A stretch of 62,959 nt of DNA, counting the filler, from Piptocephalis cylindrospora (Eukaryota), in assembly GCA_003614145.1 (NCBI GenBank). It is 12 parts of 12 records of this genome, joined end to end, with 100 filler letters (N's around TTAATTAATTAA, not from the genome) between each part and the next. Parts side by side here need not be neighbours in the genome. Positions count along the whole stretch, not along the records: positions 31,717 to 36,861 come from KZ988427.1; positions 36,962 to 42,088 come from KZ988428.1; positions 42,189 to 47,315 come from KZ988429.1; 9 more parts are not named here. One strand, given 5' to 3'. How positions within the stretch are numbered: the first letter of the stretch is position 1; every line of letters starts with the position of its first letter. Positions 36,009 to 47,415 of this stretch are shown one piece after another. Below the pieces are notes generated by a model. It did not search any database. It saw only the letters and a program-made list of their open reading frames with translations, and was not told the DNA's origin. A program made the position numbers and the translations under genes.

Positions 36009-36861
36009 TAGTGCTATAAGGATTTGTACACTCTCTCTTCTCTTCTTCTCTACGGCATAATAAATCAACGATACTATTATATTCTTGGAGTGTATTATGG
36101 CTTGTCGTTGAACTATATGATTATGGTGTCCGTATGGCTTATGCACGAGCCACATAATCGTATATGTATAACCAATCTATACACTGCTCCATCTTACCAT
36201 CTCTAATGGTACTGCCGTATGATCGATCTAGGTACTATCTCATCCTCTTACCCGTCTCGTGTGTTTGTGCTTGTCAGTTTATTAGGGTCCGCTCTCTTGA
36301 ATTTGGACTTATCTAGGGTAGCTGACGAGAGCTATACTATTATCCCTCACTTCCATCGCGGGGATGCCATAAACCCAAGGATAAATTTGATTCTGGGTGG
36401 CGGGCCAGAGGAGATATTTGCAAAACTCTGCCCTTTTACCCCGGACTATCTGATCTCCGACGAATCAAATACTTTTCAGCTATGAATAGGTCACTATCCA
36501 TTCAGTAGTACATCCTCTTGGCAAGGATCTGGGACCCGAGCGTCGCCATAGTTGCTGTAGGAAGGTGCGTAGTATCAAATGAGCGTCATCTTCAAGGGCT
36601 AGCCAAATAGGATGGATGGAGGACATTGCAGGCCCTAATCATCTGTAGTAGAGGTGCTGGATGTTTCGTATTCTAGAGAGAATTCAGGTGCTGGGAAGGC
36701 TTGGGACGTAGGTTTTGGCTTTGTCTTGCCCGCTCACCCTCATCTGTGGGTCCATCCTCATCTATAGACCCATCCCATTCCTCATCTTCCCAATCACAAC
36801 GGCTTCCCGCCCCTCTAGGCCGGAGCTCGGGGATACCTAGCTCCCGTATTCCTCTGATAAA

Positions 36862-36961
36862 NNNNNNNNNNNNNNNNNNNNNNNNNNNNNNNNNNNNNNN
36901 NNNNNTTAATTAATTAANNNNNNNNNNNNNNNNNNNNNNNNNNNNNNNNNNNNNNNNNNNN
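36862..36961. other. Artificial contig linker
   Basis: 44N-TTAATTAATTAA-44N. Confidence 0.99.
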
Positions 36962-38294
36962 CTACTTCCCCCCCCCTCCGCTTCTCCTTCCTCGGTTTAT
37001 TCTACCATGTCTACCGTTCCTCCCATGCCCTTGGCTGTGCGGGGTGCTTGGAGGTGGGCTGCCTGGGACTGGGAGGGGGGGGGGCGGGTGGGGAGAGGGA
37101 GGAGAGGGGAGAGTGGGGAAAGGAGAAGGTGACAGAAAGGGAAGGTTGGTGTGGGGGGGGGGGGGGGGGGGGGGAGGACATCCAACGAAGGGTCAGTGTG
37201 AGTGGAGAATTAATTATTAATCAGAGCCAGTGTCTGAGGTACCATCACACATTCAAAAATAATAATAAATGATCCATAAAATATACTTGATCAAATGGTA
37301 ATTTTTTACTTACAAATTACCGTTCCAAATCAAGGGACGAATAGGGAGGGAGGAGAGAGCGAAAGTAGGAGCGAATACGAGGGTGGACGTTAAGAGAGAG
37401 GGGGGGGAGGACTAGAGGGCATAAAGTACGGAAAGACTATGTGACCAGAGAAGAAGGGAACAGAGAAGGAGCAAGGAGAGGGACATAGGGGACTTTAGCA
37501 ATGCTCCTACCCATCTCATATATACCGGGTCATCCTAGAGAAAATGCTCGCTTCTGAGGTTCAAAAAAAAGTCCCATCCTCCTCAACAACACCGATTTGA
37601 ACTTGGACCTGGACTTGGACTTCGGCGGACGTGGCGGAGAGGCTGAGGTAGGGGAAAACATCAGACCATCGCTGTACTTGGCCAATCAAGGTATTGGGCA
37701 GGCCAGGGTCCGAAGGGAGGGCCGGTCGGGGTTCTAAACCACAAGTTGCTTGCGGAGTATTGTACCTTTAAGATCTGAGTAAGAAGGAGAGGTTTCCAGG
37801 GCGTTTACCGTGTCTCAAAAGGGCCGCTTGGCCCAGGGAGATACAACGAGGTTTTCAGGCATACAGCAGCACCAGCATTAGAGCATCCACTTGTGTCATA
37901 TTCAGGTCAATTTCAGGGGATTGAGGATCTAGCTAACGGATACAGATTGAACCCAGAGTATGGCAAGCATCCACATGTCATACATATTGATCAGGAGGGA
38001 TACCAATGGCTAAATTACCCCGTGCCATATGGCAGGTAAGAAAGTCAAAAGATGATGTCTTTCCCCTACACGTTTTAGTGTGCTGTTAGGAGGTTGATGG
38101 GGGAAGGGGAATGGTGAGCAAGATTCATCCAGATCAATCATCCTCATCTCCTCCTTCCAACATATGTCCTCCCGCCTCTCTCCCCACGGCTTGTGCCATC
38201 TGTCCTCGTTCCCATCCCGTGACATATATCTTTTCCAAAAAAAGGATTCAAATAAAAAAGGTAAAAAAGGGCTTAATGTTTAAAGGTGTCTTTC
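36962..38294. repeat. Left arm of 1333-bp inverted repeat
   Basis: Reverse complement of 40756-42088; mirror-image ORFs in the ORF track. Confidence 0.95.
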
Positions 38295-38474
38295 GTAGCA
38301 AGTGCTTCTCTTGGAAATTCCCTCATCTCCCCCCTGCCCTCTGCTACCTGCGATCCTTACGTGTGCCCTCTCTAGGCCTCCTCGCCCCCTCCCTCCCGCT
38401 ACGTCTTTTCCCCACTACTTTCTCTGAGCTTACCTCAGTCCTCTCCTCCTCTCTTCCCCATCACATCTATTACC

Positions 38475-40658
38475 ATGAAGATCTCTGCTCTCCACGCCGC
38501 CGTCCTTCTTGCTCTTGCCTGTGGCACCCTGGCTGATGTCCTCACTCCCACCAGTCCCGCCGTCCCTGCGCCTGCCGTCGTTTCTGAGATTCCCCTTCCT
38601 GAGGCCGCTGACGCTGCTGCTCCTGCCGAGGAGTCTCCCGTAGTTGAGGATGCCACTACCACATATGGTGAGCAGACTCTTGCTGCTGCTGACGCCGCCG
38701 AAGCCCCCAATGCTCCGGAGGCCACTAGTGCCCCCGAGGACAGTGAAGGTGCCTCTGAGGCTACGGAATCCGCTGAAGGTGAGGGAGCCGAGTCGGATGA
38801 ATATGTGACCATTACCGAAACTCACGAGGTGTACGAACCCGCTGCGGCCACATCTGAGGGCTATGCCACCTCTCCCGAAGGCGCTAACCCCGCTGAGGGC
38901 GCTGCCCAGCCCGCTTCCCCTGCCGAGGGTGCTCAGACCTACGGTGAAGGCGATGGTTCCGTTACCTACGGCGAGACCGCCAAGGAATCTACTAGCTCCT
39001 CTGAGTCCGGCTCTGAAGGGTCTGGCTCCGAGGAGTCTGGCTCTGAGGAGGAGGGTGCCTACTCCGAGGACGAGAGCTCTTCTCCTGAGGAGGAGGGTGC
39101 CTACGGCGAGGATTCTTCCCCCGCCGAGGAGGCCGCTTATCCCGAAGAACCATCTGCTCCCAAGCAGACTTCCGAGCCCTCTCCTGCCCCCGAACAGCCC
39201 GAGGCCTCCACCTCCACCCCATGCACCAAGAGTGGTCAGGAACCCTCCACTCCTGCTGTTGCCGAGTCCGAGACTCCCGTTCCTACTCCCACTGGAGTCT
39301 CTCCTGACACCTCCGTCCCCGTCACCACTCCCTCCTACGGCGAAGAGGCCCCTAGCAAGAAGCCTTGCACCAAGGGCACCCCCAAGCCTACCGATGTTCC
39401 CCAGACCCCTGAACAGCCCGAGGCTCCCGTTGCTCCCGAACAGCCCGAGGCTCCCGTTGCTCCCGAGCAGCCTGAGGCTCCTGAGCAACCCGAAGTCCCC
39501 GTTACCACCCCCTCCTACGGCGAGGAAACCCCTAGCAAGAAGCCTTGCACCAAGGGCACCCCCAAGCCTACCGATGTTCCCCAGACCCCTGAACAGCCCG
39601 AGGCTCCCGTTGCTCCCGAACAGCCCGAGGCTCCCGAACAGCCTGAGCAACCCGATACTCCCGTGACCCCAGTGGCCCCCAAGATCCCTGTCAGTGGTGA
39701 GGAGACTTACACTCCTGAGACCCCGGACTACTCTTCCCCCAACGAGAGCGTCCCCGAAGCCCCTTCCAAGGAACCCTGCACCAAGGACCTCTCTACCCCC
39801 ACCGATACCCCCGTTGAGGGTGAGGAGACCTATCCCGAGGCTCCTGAGCAGCCCGAGGCCCCCGTTGCTCCCGAGCAGCCCGAGACTCCCATCCAGCAAG
39901 AGACTGGCCCTGCCCCCGTGCCTAGTACCCCCACCTACGGTGGTGTTCCCACCAAGCCCCAGGGTGACTACGGTGCTCCTGAGACTCCCGAGGTGAAGAC
40001 CCCTTGTGTCGAGGGCGAGGGCGGTAAGGCTCCTGAGACTCCCGAGTCTGATGAGTCAGAGTGCGAGGATTGCTCCTCTGGTCCCTCTGACTCTGACTCT
40101 GACTCTTGCGACGAGGGCTCTACTGATGAGGATACTTGCGATGAGGAGTCCACTGATGAGGACACTTGCGATGAGGAGTCCACTGATGAGGATACTTGTG
40201 ATGAGGAGTCTGGCTCCGACGATTCCGGATCTGATACCTCTGGTTCTGATGACGAGGAGACCCCCGCCTATGGTGAGACTCCCGCTCCCGAGGGCAACTA
40301 CGGCTCCCCTGCCCCTGGCCCCTCGAACCCTGTCGAGGGCGAGGAGACCTATCCTGAGGCTCCCGTTGCCCCTGGATCTCCTACTGCTCCCGAGGCCCCC
40401 GCTGCTCCTGTTGCTCCCGAAGCCCCTGCTGCCCCCTCTCCTTGCACCAAGGACCATGAGGCTGCCCCCGCCACCCCGGCCCCTGCTGCTCCCGCGAAGC
40501 CCGAGGCTGAGGAAGAGGAGGCTGCCTACGGCAACGAGGAGGAGGAGGAGGAGTACGGTAACGACTACGGTAACGACAATGATGAATCCGAGGATTATGG
40601 TGCCGCCCCCAGCTCCGCTCCCAAGGCCGCCGCCCCCGCTGCTCCCCAGAAGGCCTAA
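38475..40658 (+). CDS. Secreted acidic Pro/Glu/Ala-rich repeat protein (cell-wall or spore-coat candidate)
   Basis: 727 aa; signal peptide MKISALHAAVLLALACGTLA; APEQPE repeats, a ~60-aa duplicated unit, STDEDTCDEE x3, repeated YG and PCTK; strong codon bias. Confidence 0.85.
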   Translation: MKISALHAAVLLALACGTLADVLTPTSPAVPAPAVVSEIPLPEAADAAAPAEESPVVEDATTTYGEQTLAAADAAEAPNAPEATSAPEDSEGASEATESAEGEGAESDEYVTITETHEVYEPAAATSEGYATSPEGANPAEGAAQPASPAEGAQTYGEGDGSVTYGETAKESTSSSESGSEGSGSEESGSEEEGAYSEDESSSPEEEGAYGEDSSPAEEAAYPEEPSAPKQTSEPSPAPEQPEASTSTPCTKSGQEPSTPAVAESETPVPTPTGVSPDTSVPVTTPSYGEEAPSKKPCTKGTPKPTDVPQTPEQPEAPVAPEQPEAPVAPEQPEAPEQPEVPVTTPSYGEETPSKKPCTKGTPKPTDVPQTPEQPEAPVAPEQPEAPEQPEQPDTPVTPVAPKIPVSGEETYTPETPDYSSPNESVPEAPSKEPCTKDLSTPTDTPVEGEETYPEAPEQPEAPVAPEQPETPIQQETGPAPVPSTPTYGGVPTKPQGDYGAPETPEVKTPCVEGEGGKAPETPESDESECEDCSSGPSDSDSDSCDEGSTDEDTCDEESTDEDTCDEESTDEDTCDEESGSDDSGSDTSGSDDEETPAYGETPAPEGNYGSPAPGPSNPVEGEETYPEAPVAPGSPTAPEAPAAPVAPEAPAAPSPCTKDHEAAPATPAPAAPAKPEAEEEEAAYGNEEEEEEYGNDYGNDNDESEDYGAAPSSAPKAAAPAAPQKA
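39321..39636 (+). repeat. 180-bp intragenic tandem duplication with nested 27-bp units
   Basis: 39321 onward recurs at 39501; GAACAGCCCGAGGCTCCCGTTGCTCCC units. Confidence 0.85.
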
Positions 40659-40755
40659 GCGCATCTAATGTGCAAGTCCCATCCCCTATTTCTCTTCTGG
40701 TTGAGCGAGTGAGTGAGTGAAAGTGCGTGCGTGTCTAGTGAGTGTACCCGAGTGT

Positions 40756-42088
40756 GAAAGACACCTTTAAACATTAAGCCCTTTTTTACCTTTTTTATTT
40801 GAATCCTTTTTTTGGAAAAGATATATGTCACGGGATGGGAACGAGGACAGATGGCACAAGCCGTGGGGAGAGAGGCGGGAGGACATATGTTGGAAGGAGG
40901 AGATGAGGATGATTGATCTGGATGAATCTTGCTCACCATTCCCCTTCCCCCATCAACCTCCTAACAGCACACTAAAACGTGTAGGGGAAAGACATCATCT
41001 TTTGACTTTCTTACCTGCCATATGGCACGGGGTAATTTAGCCATTGGTATCCCTCCTGATCAATATGTATGACATGTGGATGCTTGCCATACTCTGGGTT
41101 CAATCTGTATCCGTTAGCTAGATCCTCAATCCCCTGAAATTGACCTGAATATGACACAAGTGGATGCTCTAATGCTGGTGCTGCTGTATGCCTGAAAACC
41201 TCGTTGTATCTCCCTGGGCCAAGCGGCCCTTTTGAGACACGGTAAACGCCCTGGAAACCTCTCCTTCTTACTCAGATCTTAAAGGTACAATACTCCGCAA
41301 GCAACTTGTGGTTTAGAACCCCGACCGGCCCTCCCTTCGGACCCTGGCCTGCCCAATACCTTGATTGGCCAAGTACAGCGATGGTCTGATGTTTTCCCCT
41401 ACCTCAGCCTCTCCGCCACGTCCGCCGAAGTCCAAGTCCAGGTCCAAGTTCAAATCGGTGTTGTTGAGGAGGATGGGACTTTTTTTTGAACCTCAGAAGC
41501 GAGCATTTTCTCTAGGATGACCCGGTATATATGAGATGGGTAGGAGCATTGCTAAAGTCCCCTATGTCCCTCTCCTTGCTCCTTCTCTGTTCCCTTCTTC
41601 TCTGGTCACATAGTCTTTCCGTACTTTATGCCCTCTAGTCCTCCCCCCCCTCTCTCTTAACGTCCACCCTCGTATTCGCTCCTACTTTCGCTCTCTCCTC
41701 CCTCCCTATTCGTCCCTTGATTTGGAACGGTAATTTGTAAGTAAAAAATTACCATTTGATCAAGTATATTTTATGGATCATTTATTATTATTTTTGAATG
41801 TGTGATGGTACCTCAGACACTGGCTCTGATTAATAATTAATTCTCCACTCACACTGACCCTTCGTTGGATGTCCTCCCCCCCCCCCCCCCCCCCCCCACA
41901 CCAACCTTCCCTTTCTGTCACCTTCTCCTTTCCCCACTCTCCCCTCTCCTCCCTCTCCCCACCCGCCCCCCCCCCTCCCAGTCCCAGGCAGCCCACCTCC
42001 AAGCACCCCGCACAGCCAAGGGCATGGGAGGAACGGTAGACATGGTAGAATAAACCGAGGAAGGAGAAGCGGAGGGGGGGGGAAGTAG
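40756..42088. repeat. Right arm of 1333-bp inverted repeat
   Basis: Reverse complement of 36962-38294; runs to the contig end. Confidence 0.95.
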
Positions 42089-42188
42089 NNNNNNNNNNNN
42101 NNNNNNNNNNNNNNNNNNNNNNNNNNNNNNNNTTAATTAATTAANNNNNNNNNNNNNNNNNNNNNNNNNNNNNNNNNNNNNNNNNNNN
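42089..42188. other. Artificial contig linker
   Basis: 44N-TTAATTAATTAA-44N. Confidence 0.99.
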
Positions 42189-42413
42189 TGAAGCTGGGAC
42201 TGACGTGGCCCGCCCCCCTTTCCTCTTTCCCTATCCTCCCCCCCCACCCTCACACCCCCATCAACCTGGCACATTAGGCGGGGTCCCCCCCCACCCAACG
42301 ACCCCACCCTTCTTTGTTCCTTCTCCCCTCCCCCCAAAAAAAAAAACCCCCCCCCCCACCCCCCTTCCACCCCCCCCCCCCCCCCCCCCCCCCATCTGGA
42401 CTCATCTCTCACC

Positions 42414-42881
42414 ATGACCCTCTCCTCAAGTATCCCTCTATCCTACCTCTTTCTCCCGATCTACTTGGCCCTGGCAGGTACCTTTGCTGTCTGTGCCTCC
42501 CTCACCACCTTCTTCTCCCTGGGCCTCCTGAGCTTCCGTGTGTACCTGGTATACGCCAGCCTTATCTATGGCATCACCATGAATGTCATTCAAGAGGCCA
42601 TCGTTGCCTTTCTGGCCTGGGCCTCCCGCGCTTGCAGCTCCCTGGCTGAACGGTGGAGACCCGAGGGATGTGGCCAGCCCATCCAAACCCTGGTCGCTCA
42701 CAATCCCCTCCAGCCTCGATCGGAGGTGAGCCATGTCCGCAAGGTCCTACTTCATCCTGAGGGCGTGACCCTTCTCCATGATCATTCAAGTCCTTCCGAT
42801 CCTCATAATCCGCCCATACACTTTATCATCGGATCCACCCCACCCTCCCCGCAGCGTCCGTCCCGTTTCCACGCCCCATGA
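42414..42881 (+). CDS. Small hypothetical membrane protein
   Basis: 155-aa ORF with CACCATG context and a long hydrophobic N-terminal half (…SLTTFFSLGLLSFRVYLVYASL…). Confidence 0.55.
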   Translation: MTLSSSIPLSYLFLPIYLALAGTFAVCASLTTFFSLGLLSFRVYLVYASLIYGITMNVIQEAIVAFLAWASRACSSLAERWRPEGCGQPIQTLVAHNPLQPRSEVSHVRKVLLHPEGVTLLHDHSSPSDPHNPPIHFIIGSTPPSPQRPSRFHAP

Positions 42882-43110
42882 TCCTCTTTGTCCTCTCCTC
42901 CCCATGGCCATGCCATTTTTAGATGGGCGTGGGGGTAGTGTGTATGCGTGTATGCGTTTATGTGTGTGTGTGTGTGTGTGTCTTGTAAGGTAAAATGTGT
43001 ATTCGCAACTCTCTTTCCTCATTTTTACTTGCTCACGTGAATCGAAAGTATCTCTCGTCAGATAACCTGCCCATTACCCTTCCTGTCTCCCTTCTTCTCC
43101 CTCCCCTTCA

Positions 43111-43859
43111 TCAAGTCAGGTAGTGGATGGTGGCCCACATGAGGAAGATGCAGGTAAAGAGCCCTGCAAAGAAAATGTACTTGTCCTGCGTACTACGCCT
43201 CTCAATGTACTGGATGACATTTCGGGAGAGACCCAATGTGTTGGCCGCATCCAGAACTCTACGTTGCGCCCCCTAAAAGAAAGAGGGATAGAGAGGGGGG
43301 TTCAGTCATAAGGCTTGTCTTATGCACGGTCCTCCCATACCCTCTTTCCCCCATCCCCCACACTTACCTTGAGCATCGACCGTTGCTCCACTAGATTGTT
43401 CAACGCAGCCCGACCCTGCGCAAGGAAATCGTCCAGCTGACTCTCGGTCGCATCGGCAAATGCCCGTTCCCTAGCCTGGTGATCCACCTCCCCCATCGAA
43501 ATGACCGTGCTTTCCCCTCCCTCTCCGTAGGTCTGTGGAGCCTGGAACAATTGGTTTCGTTCCTCAGCCTGGTGTGCTCGTTGCCCCTGTCGGTCCTTGG
43601 CCCGTCGCAGTCGCTCCAGCTGCTCAGCCCGGCCATTTCGCAGCTTCTCCACCCGTGCCTCCGCCATCTTTTGCTTCGTCGCAATGATCTCCCGTTTCGC
43701 CAGTGATTCGTATTCCTTGATGATCTCCCCCAGTCGTTCCGACGCCTCCGACGCCCTGGCCTCCCCCTCCTCCATGGGCACCGTCCCCATATCGACCCCA
43801 TCCACCGATTGCCTCAAGAAGGACATTTGTTTTACAGCTTGATTGTATACGCTATTCAT
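43111..43859 (-). CDS. BOS1: Qb-SNARE Bos1/GOSR2
   Basis: Exon 43859-43368 (MNSVYNQA…LDDFLAQGRAALNNLVEQRSMLK) and exon 43272-43111 (GAQRRVLDAANTLGLSRNVIQYIERRSTQDKYIF + TM). Confidence 0.9.
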
Positions 43860-44472
43860 CTTTTGACTTTAAAAAGAAGGAGGGATCGTGGGTCTGGGTA
43901 GGGGTAAGCAAGGATGAAGAGGAGAGGAGAGGAGAGTGAGAGTGAGAAAGAGAAGGAGGCTGGATGTGAGATGGATAGCCTAGTAGTGTTGCCCCCCACA
44001 CCTTGGATCTTGGGATCCAAATCTTTGGGGAATGTAGAGCGGAGATGATCCACTCTGAATAGCAAAGGCGTGGGGGGCTTGTTAGGTCACTATGGGAAAT
44101 AAGCCTGTCTTACACTAAAGGACAAGATCTTTATATTCGCCAACTCACAGTCCATGATATATTTGATGATGAGATGTGTAGAACGGAGACAGGGGCCTTT
44201 GTCTTGATGGACACCTCATCCATACCTCGCATCCATGGTGCTAACTTTAACTGTATGGATCACGATCGGAGTGGACGTCGCTGTCTCGATCTGCTTTTGA
44301 TCGTGTTAAAAAAAAAAGGCGTATCGTTTGGGGAGACACATCCTCAAAAGATGGCAGTGAAGGGAATGATGGGTCTTCCTGGCAAACTGGGGAAGAGAGG
44401 TATGGGACGGAGTGATCAGATGCTCGACTATCCCAACCGTATTTATCTGCTTCTAGGATAATTCCATGATGG

Positions 44473-44514
44473 TAGTAGTAGTAAACAGCGAAATGCACTG
44501 GGGAATGATGATGG
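44473..44514 (-). mobile_element. 42-bp extreme 3' fragment of (TAC)n-tailed retroelement
   Basis: Shares AGTAAACAGCGAAATG with 51252 and 58171; flanked by TTCCATGATGG / TTCCATAATGG. Confidence 0.55.
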
Positions 44515-44812
44515 TTCCATAATGGCGCTCGTGTATTTGGCAAAAATCAGATAAATTGGTCATTTTCACATCAGATGCACAATGGGGTTGGGAGGCTGGA
44601 AAATCGGTTCCATCTCATCTCCCCCCGCTCACTGAATCAATCTCTACACAAGATTCCTGTCACCTTCTCTGCCCCCTCCCCCTCCACAACTGCCACCAGG
44701 GAAAGACTCAAGCAGCACAGGAAAAGCAAGGAACCGACGCGTCCCGCTCAACTCTCCCTTCCCTCTTCCCCAACCATAGCACCCTTCTCCCATACACAGC
44801 AACCTTCACACC

Positions 44813-46446
44813 ATGGCCTCCAAGGACGACATCAAGTCCCACATCCTCCATGTGCTCGACAAGTTCGGCTCCATCCCGGACACTAAGAATCTCCCCCCGG
44901 TCCCTGGACACGAGGAGGCCCCCATGGACCAGCTAGTCATCCTTGGCGCCTTAAACAGCCTTGCCGACAAGGAGGTAAGTTCTCCCCTCCCCCATCCCAC
45001 CTCATCCCACGCTCAGCCTCATCCCTTGACCACCCTTAGATGGTCCAATACACCACTCTTGAAAAGGAGCTCTGGGTCTTATCAAAGGAGGGCCAGGACA
45101 TTGCCAACACTGGATCTCACGAGGCCAAGGTCTTCTACGCCGTCCCTGCCGGCACAGAAGGACTAGAGATGGCCGAATTGACTGCCAAGCTCGGTCCCGC
45201 CGCCAAAATTGGTCAGGGTAAGGCCTTTAAGAACAAGTGGATCAAGAAGGACGGATCCAAGCTCCTACGTCTCGTCGAATCCATCGAGGATCAGGCCCAG
45301 GATGATCTCCAGGAGATTGTCCGTACCGGCAACCACTCCAAGGCGGATGTCCTGAAGGATCTCAAGCGACGAAAGCTCTGTGACCGTCAGCGTCTTACCT
45401 CCTACTCAGTCTCTAAGGGCCCTAACTTCTCTCTCACCGAACGTCATCAAGAAACCGATATTACCGCCGAAATGCTCCAGAACAAATCATGGAAGGAATC
45501 CTCCTTTAAAAAGTACAACTTTGCCGCTTCCGCCCCCCCTCCCCCTTCGGGTCATCTTCATCCCCTCATGAAGGTCCGGGAGGAATTCAGGCAGATCTTC
45601 CTCGAGATGGGCTTCTCCGAGATGCCTGCCAACCGCTTCGTCGAAAACTCCTTCTGGAACTTCGATGCCCTCTTTGTCCCTCAGGCTCACTCGGCCCGTG
45701 ATCTCCAGGACACCTTCTACATCTCCGACCCTGCCGTCTCAGGCCCAATCCCCGAGGCCGTCCTCGGTCGCGTAGCCAAGGTCCACAGCGAGGGCGGATA
45801 CGGGTCTGTCGGATATGGCACCGAATGGAAAAGGTCTGAGGCCGATAAGCTCGTCCTCCGTACCCACACCACCGCTGTCAGCGCCCACATGCTCTACCTC
45901 CTGGCTCAGCAACCCGAATTCCAACCCGCCAAGTACTTTTCCATCGACCGTGTCTTCCGTAACGAGTCCGTCGACGCCACCCATCTCGCCGAGTTTCATC
46001 AGGTTGAGGGCGTCATCGCTGATCGTAACGCCACTCTAGGCAATCTCATCGGCTTCATGGATGCCTTCTTTGCCAAAATGGGTGTTCATAACATTCGCTT
46101 TAAGCCTACCTATAACCCCTACACCGAACCCTCCATGGAAATCTTCTCCTACCACGCCGGCCTTAAGGAGTGGGTGGAAATCGGCAACTCGGGCATGTTC
46201 CGCCCCGAGCTGACCCGCCCCCTCGGGCTGCCCGAGGATGTTCGTGTCCTTGGCTGGGGTCTCTCCCTCGAGCGTCCCACCATGATCAAGTATGGTATCG
46301 ATAATATCCGTGAACTTCTGGGCCACAAGGTCGATCTGGGTATGATCCAAAGGAACCCTCTGTGTCGTCTGGATAAGAAGATGGGCAAGGAACGATATAT
46401 GGAGGATGAGCCCGTGGATCCCTCCTCGGTCAAGGTGGTCAACTGA
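44813..46446 (+). CDS. FRS2: Phenylalanyl-tRNA synthetase alpha subunit (cytosolic)
   Basis: [45 protein letters not shown] and [10 protein letters not shown]; intron 44975-45039. Confidence 0.97.
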
Positions 46447-46680
46447 GGTCGGAGACATGGGAGGAGGATGGAACATGGGTTTGTGGGTATGGGTATGTGT
46501 TTTCATCTTTCTCTTCATCATCGTAGATGGAATGGGGAAAAGAAACTGGATGAATCCTTTTCTGTGCCCCTCGCAATCTAATTATCCCATACTTCTACGT
46601 GTATTACCCATGATTCTCCTCTTTTCCCTTTCTCATCCTCACACGCACGCAGAGAGAGATAGACACAGACACACACGTCC

Positions 46681-47315
46681 CTACCGTACCCTGGATCGGG
46701 AAGAGAGATGATGACTTGATCCACTGCTTACTCCTCCCTTCCGCTTTGCTTCGGTTCTCTACGTATGATGATGAGATATAGAGGAGGAAGATGAGTGGAA
46801 AAGACAACAAGCTAAAAACCAAATCCTATTTCTTACCTCGACCACGGAAACCCCATCGCGGAACTTGGTTCGGAAGAGAACATTGGCATTGGCAAACATC
46901 CCATCCTTAAGGGAGACCACGATGAACTGAGAGCCCTTGAACCGAGTTTTGAACAACTGCCCAATGTTCTGAGTATGAGAAGGGTCCAAGGCCGCATCCA
47001 CTTCATCCAGGATGTACATTGGGGCAGGTTTAAATTGCATCATAGAGAGAATTAAGGCCAAGGCCACCAGAGACCTACAGGAAAGACGCGGAAGAATGCA
47101 TAAGTAAAACTCCCTCTCCCTTCTACCCCACATCTCCGCGCGGAATCCCACCTTTGTCCACCGGACAGCTCGGTTAGAGATGTCTTCCAAACGCCTCCAA
47201 GGCAAACTTTGATTTCCAGACCGTCAGAAAGGTCCCTCCCATCCATCGGCTCTAATTTGCACGTATTTCCCTCGAGAAGAGTCCCAAAAATTTCTCCGAA
47301 ATCTTTGTTCACTGC
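46681..47315 (-). CDS. SMC2: Condensin SMC2, 3' fragment
   Basis: [36 protein letters not shown] and [13 protein letters not shown]; two introns; stop at 46681. Confidence 0.93.
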
Positions 47316-47415
47316 NNNNNNNNNNNNNNNNNNNNNNNNNNNNNNNNNNNNNNNNNNNNTTAATTAATTAANNNNNNNNNNNNNNNNNNNNNNNNNNNNN
47401 NNNNNNNNNNNNNNN
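47316..47415. other. Artificial contig linker
   Basis: 44N-TTAATTAATTAA-44N. Confidence 0.99.

Noticed and set aside
36635..36861. Open minus-strand frame from the contig edge (acidic tail)
   Set aside because: Could be the 3' end of a cut gene, but about 75 low-complexity residues allow no call.
36962..42088. Giant-TIR transposon or linear plasmid carrying a cargo gene
   Set aside because: No transposase, polymerase or visible TSD; arms are the gene's own upstream DNA; the same pattern breaks housekeeping genes elsewhere in the window.
42189..42400. Long C/G homopolymer runs (also 9437-9510, 37153-37174) as G-quadruplex elements
   Set aside because: Low-complexity, error-prone sequence, often near contig ends; function cannot be inferred.
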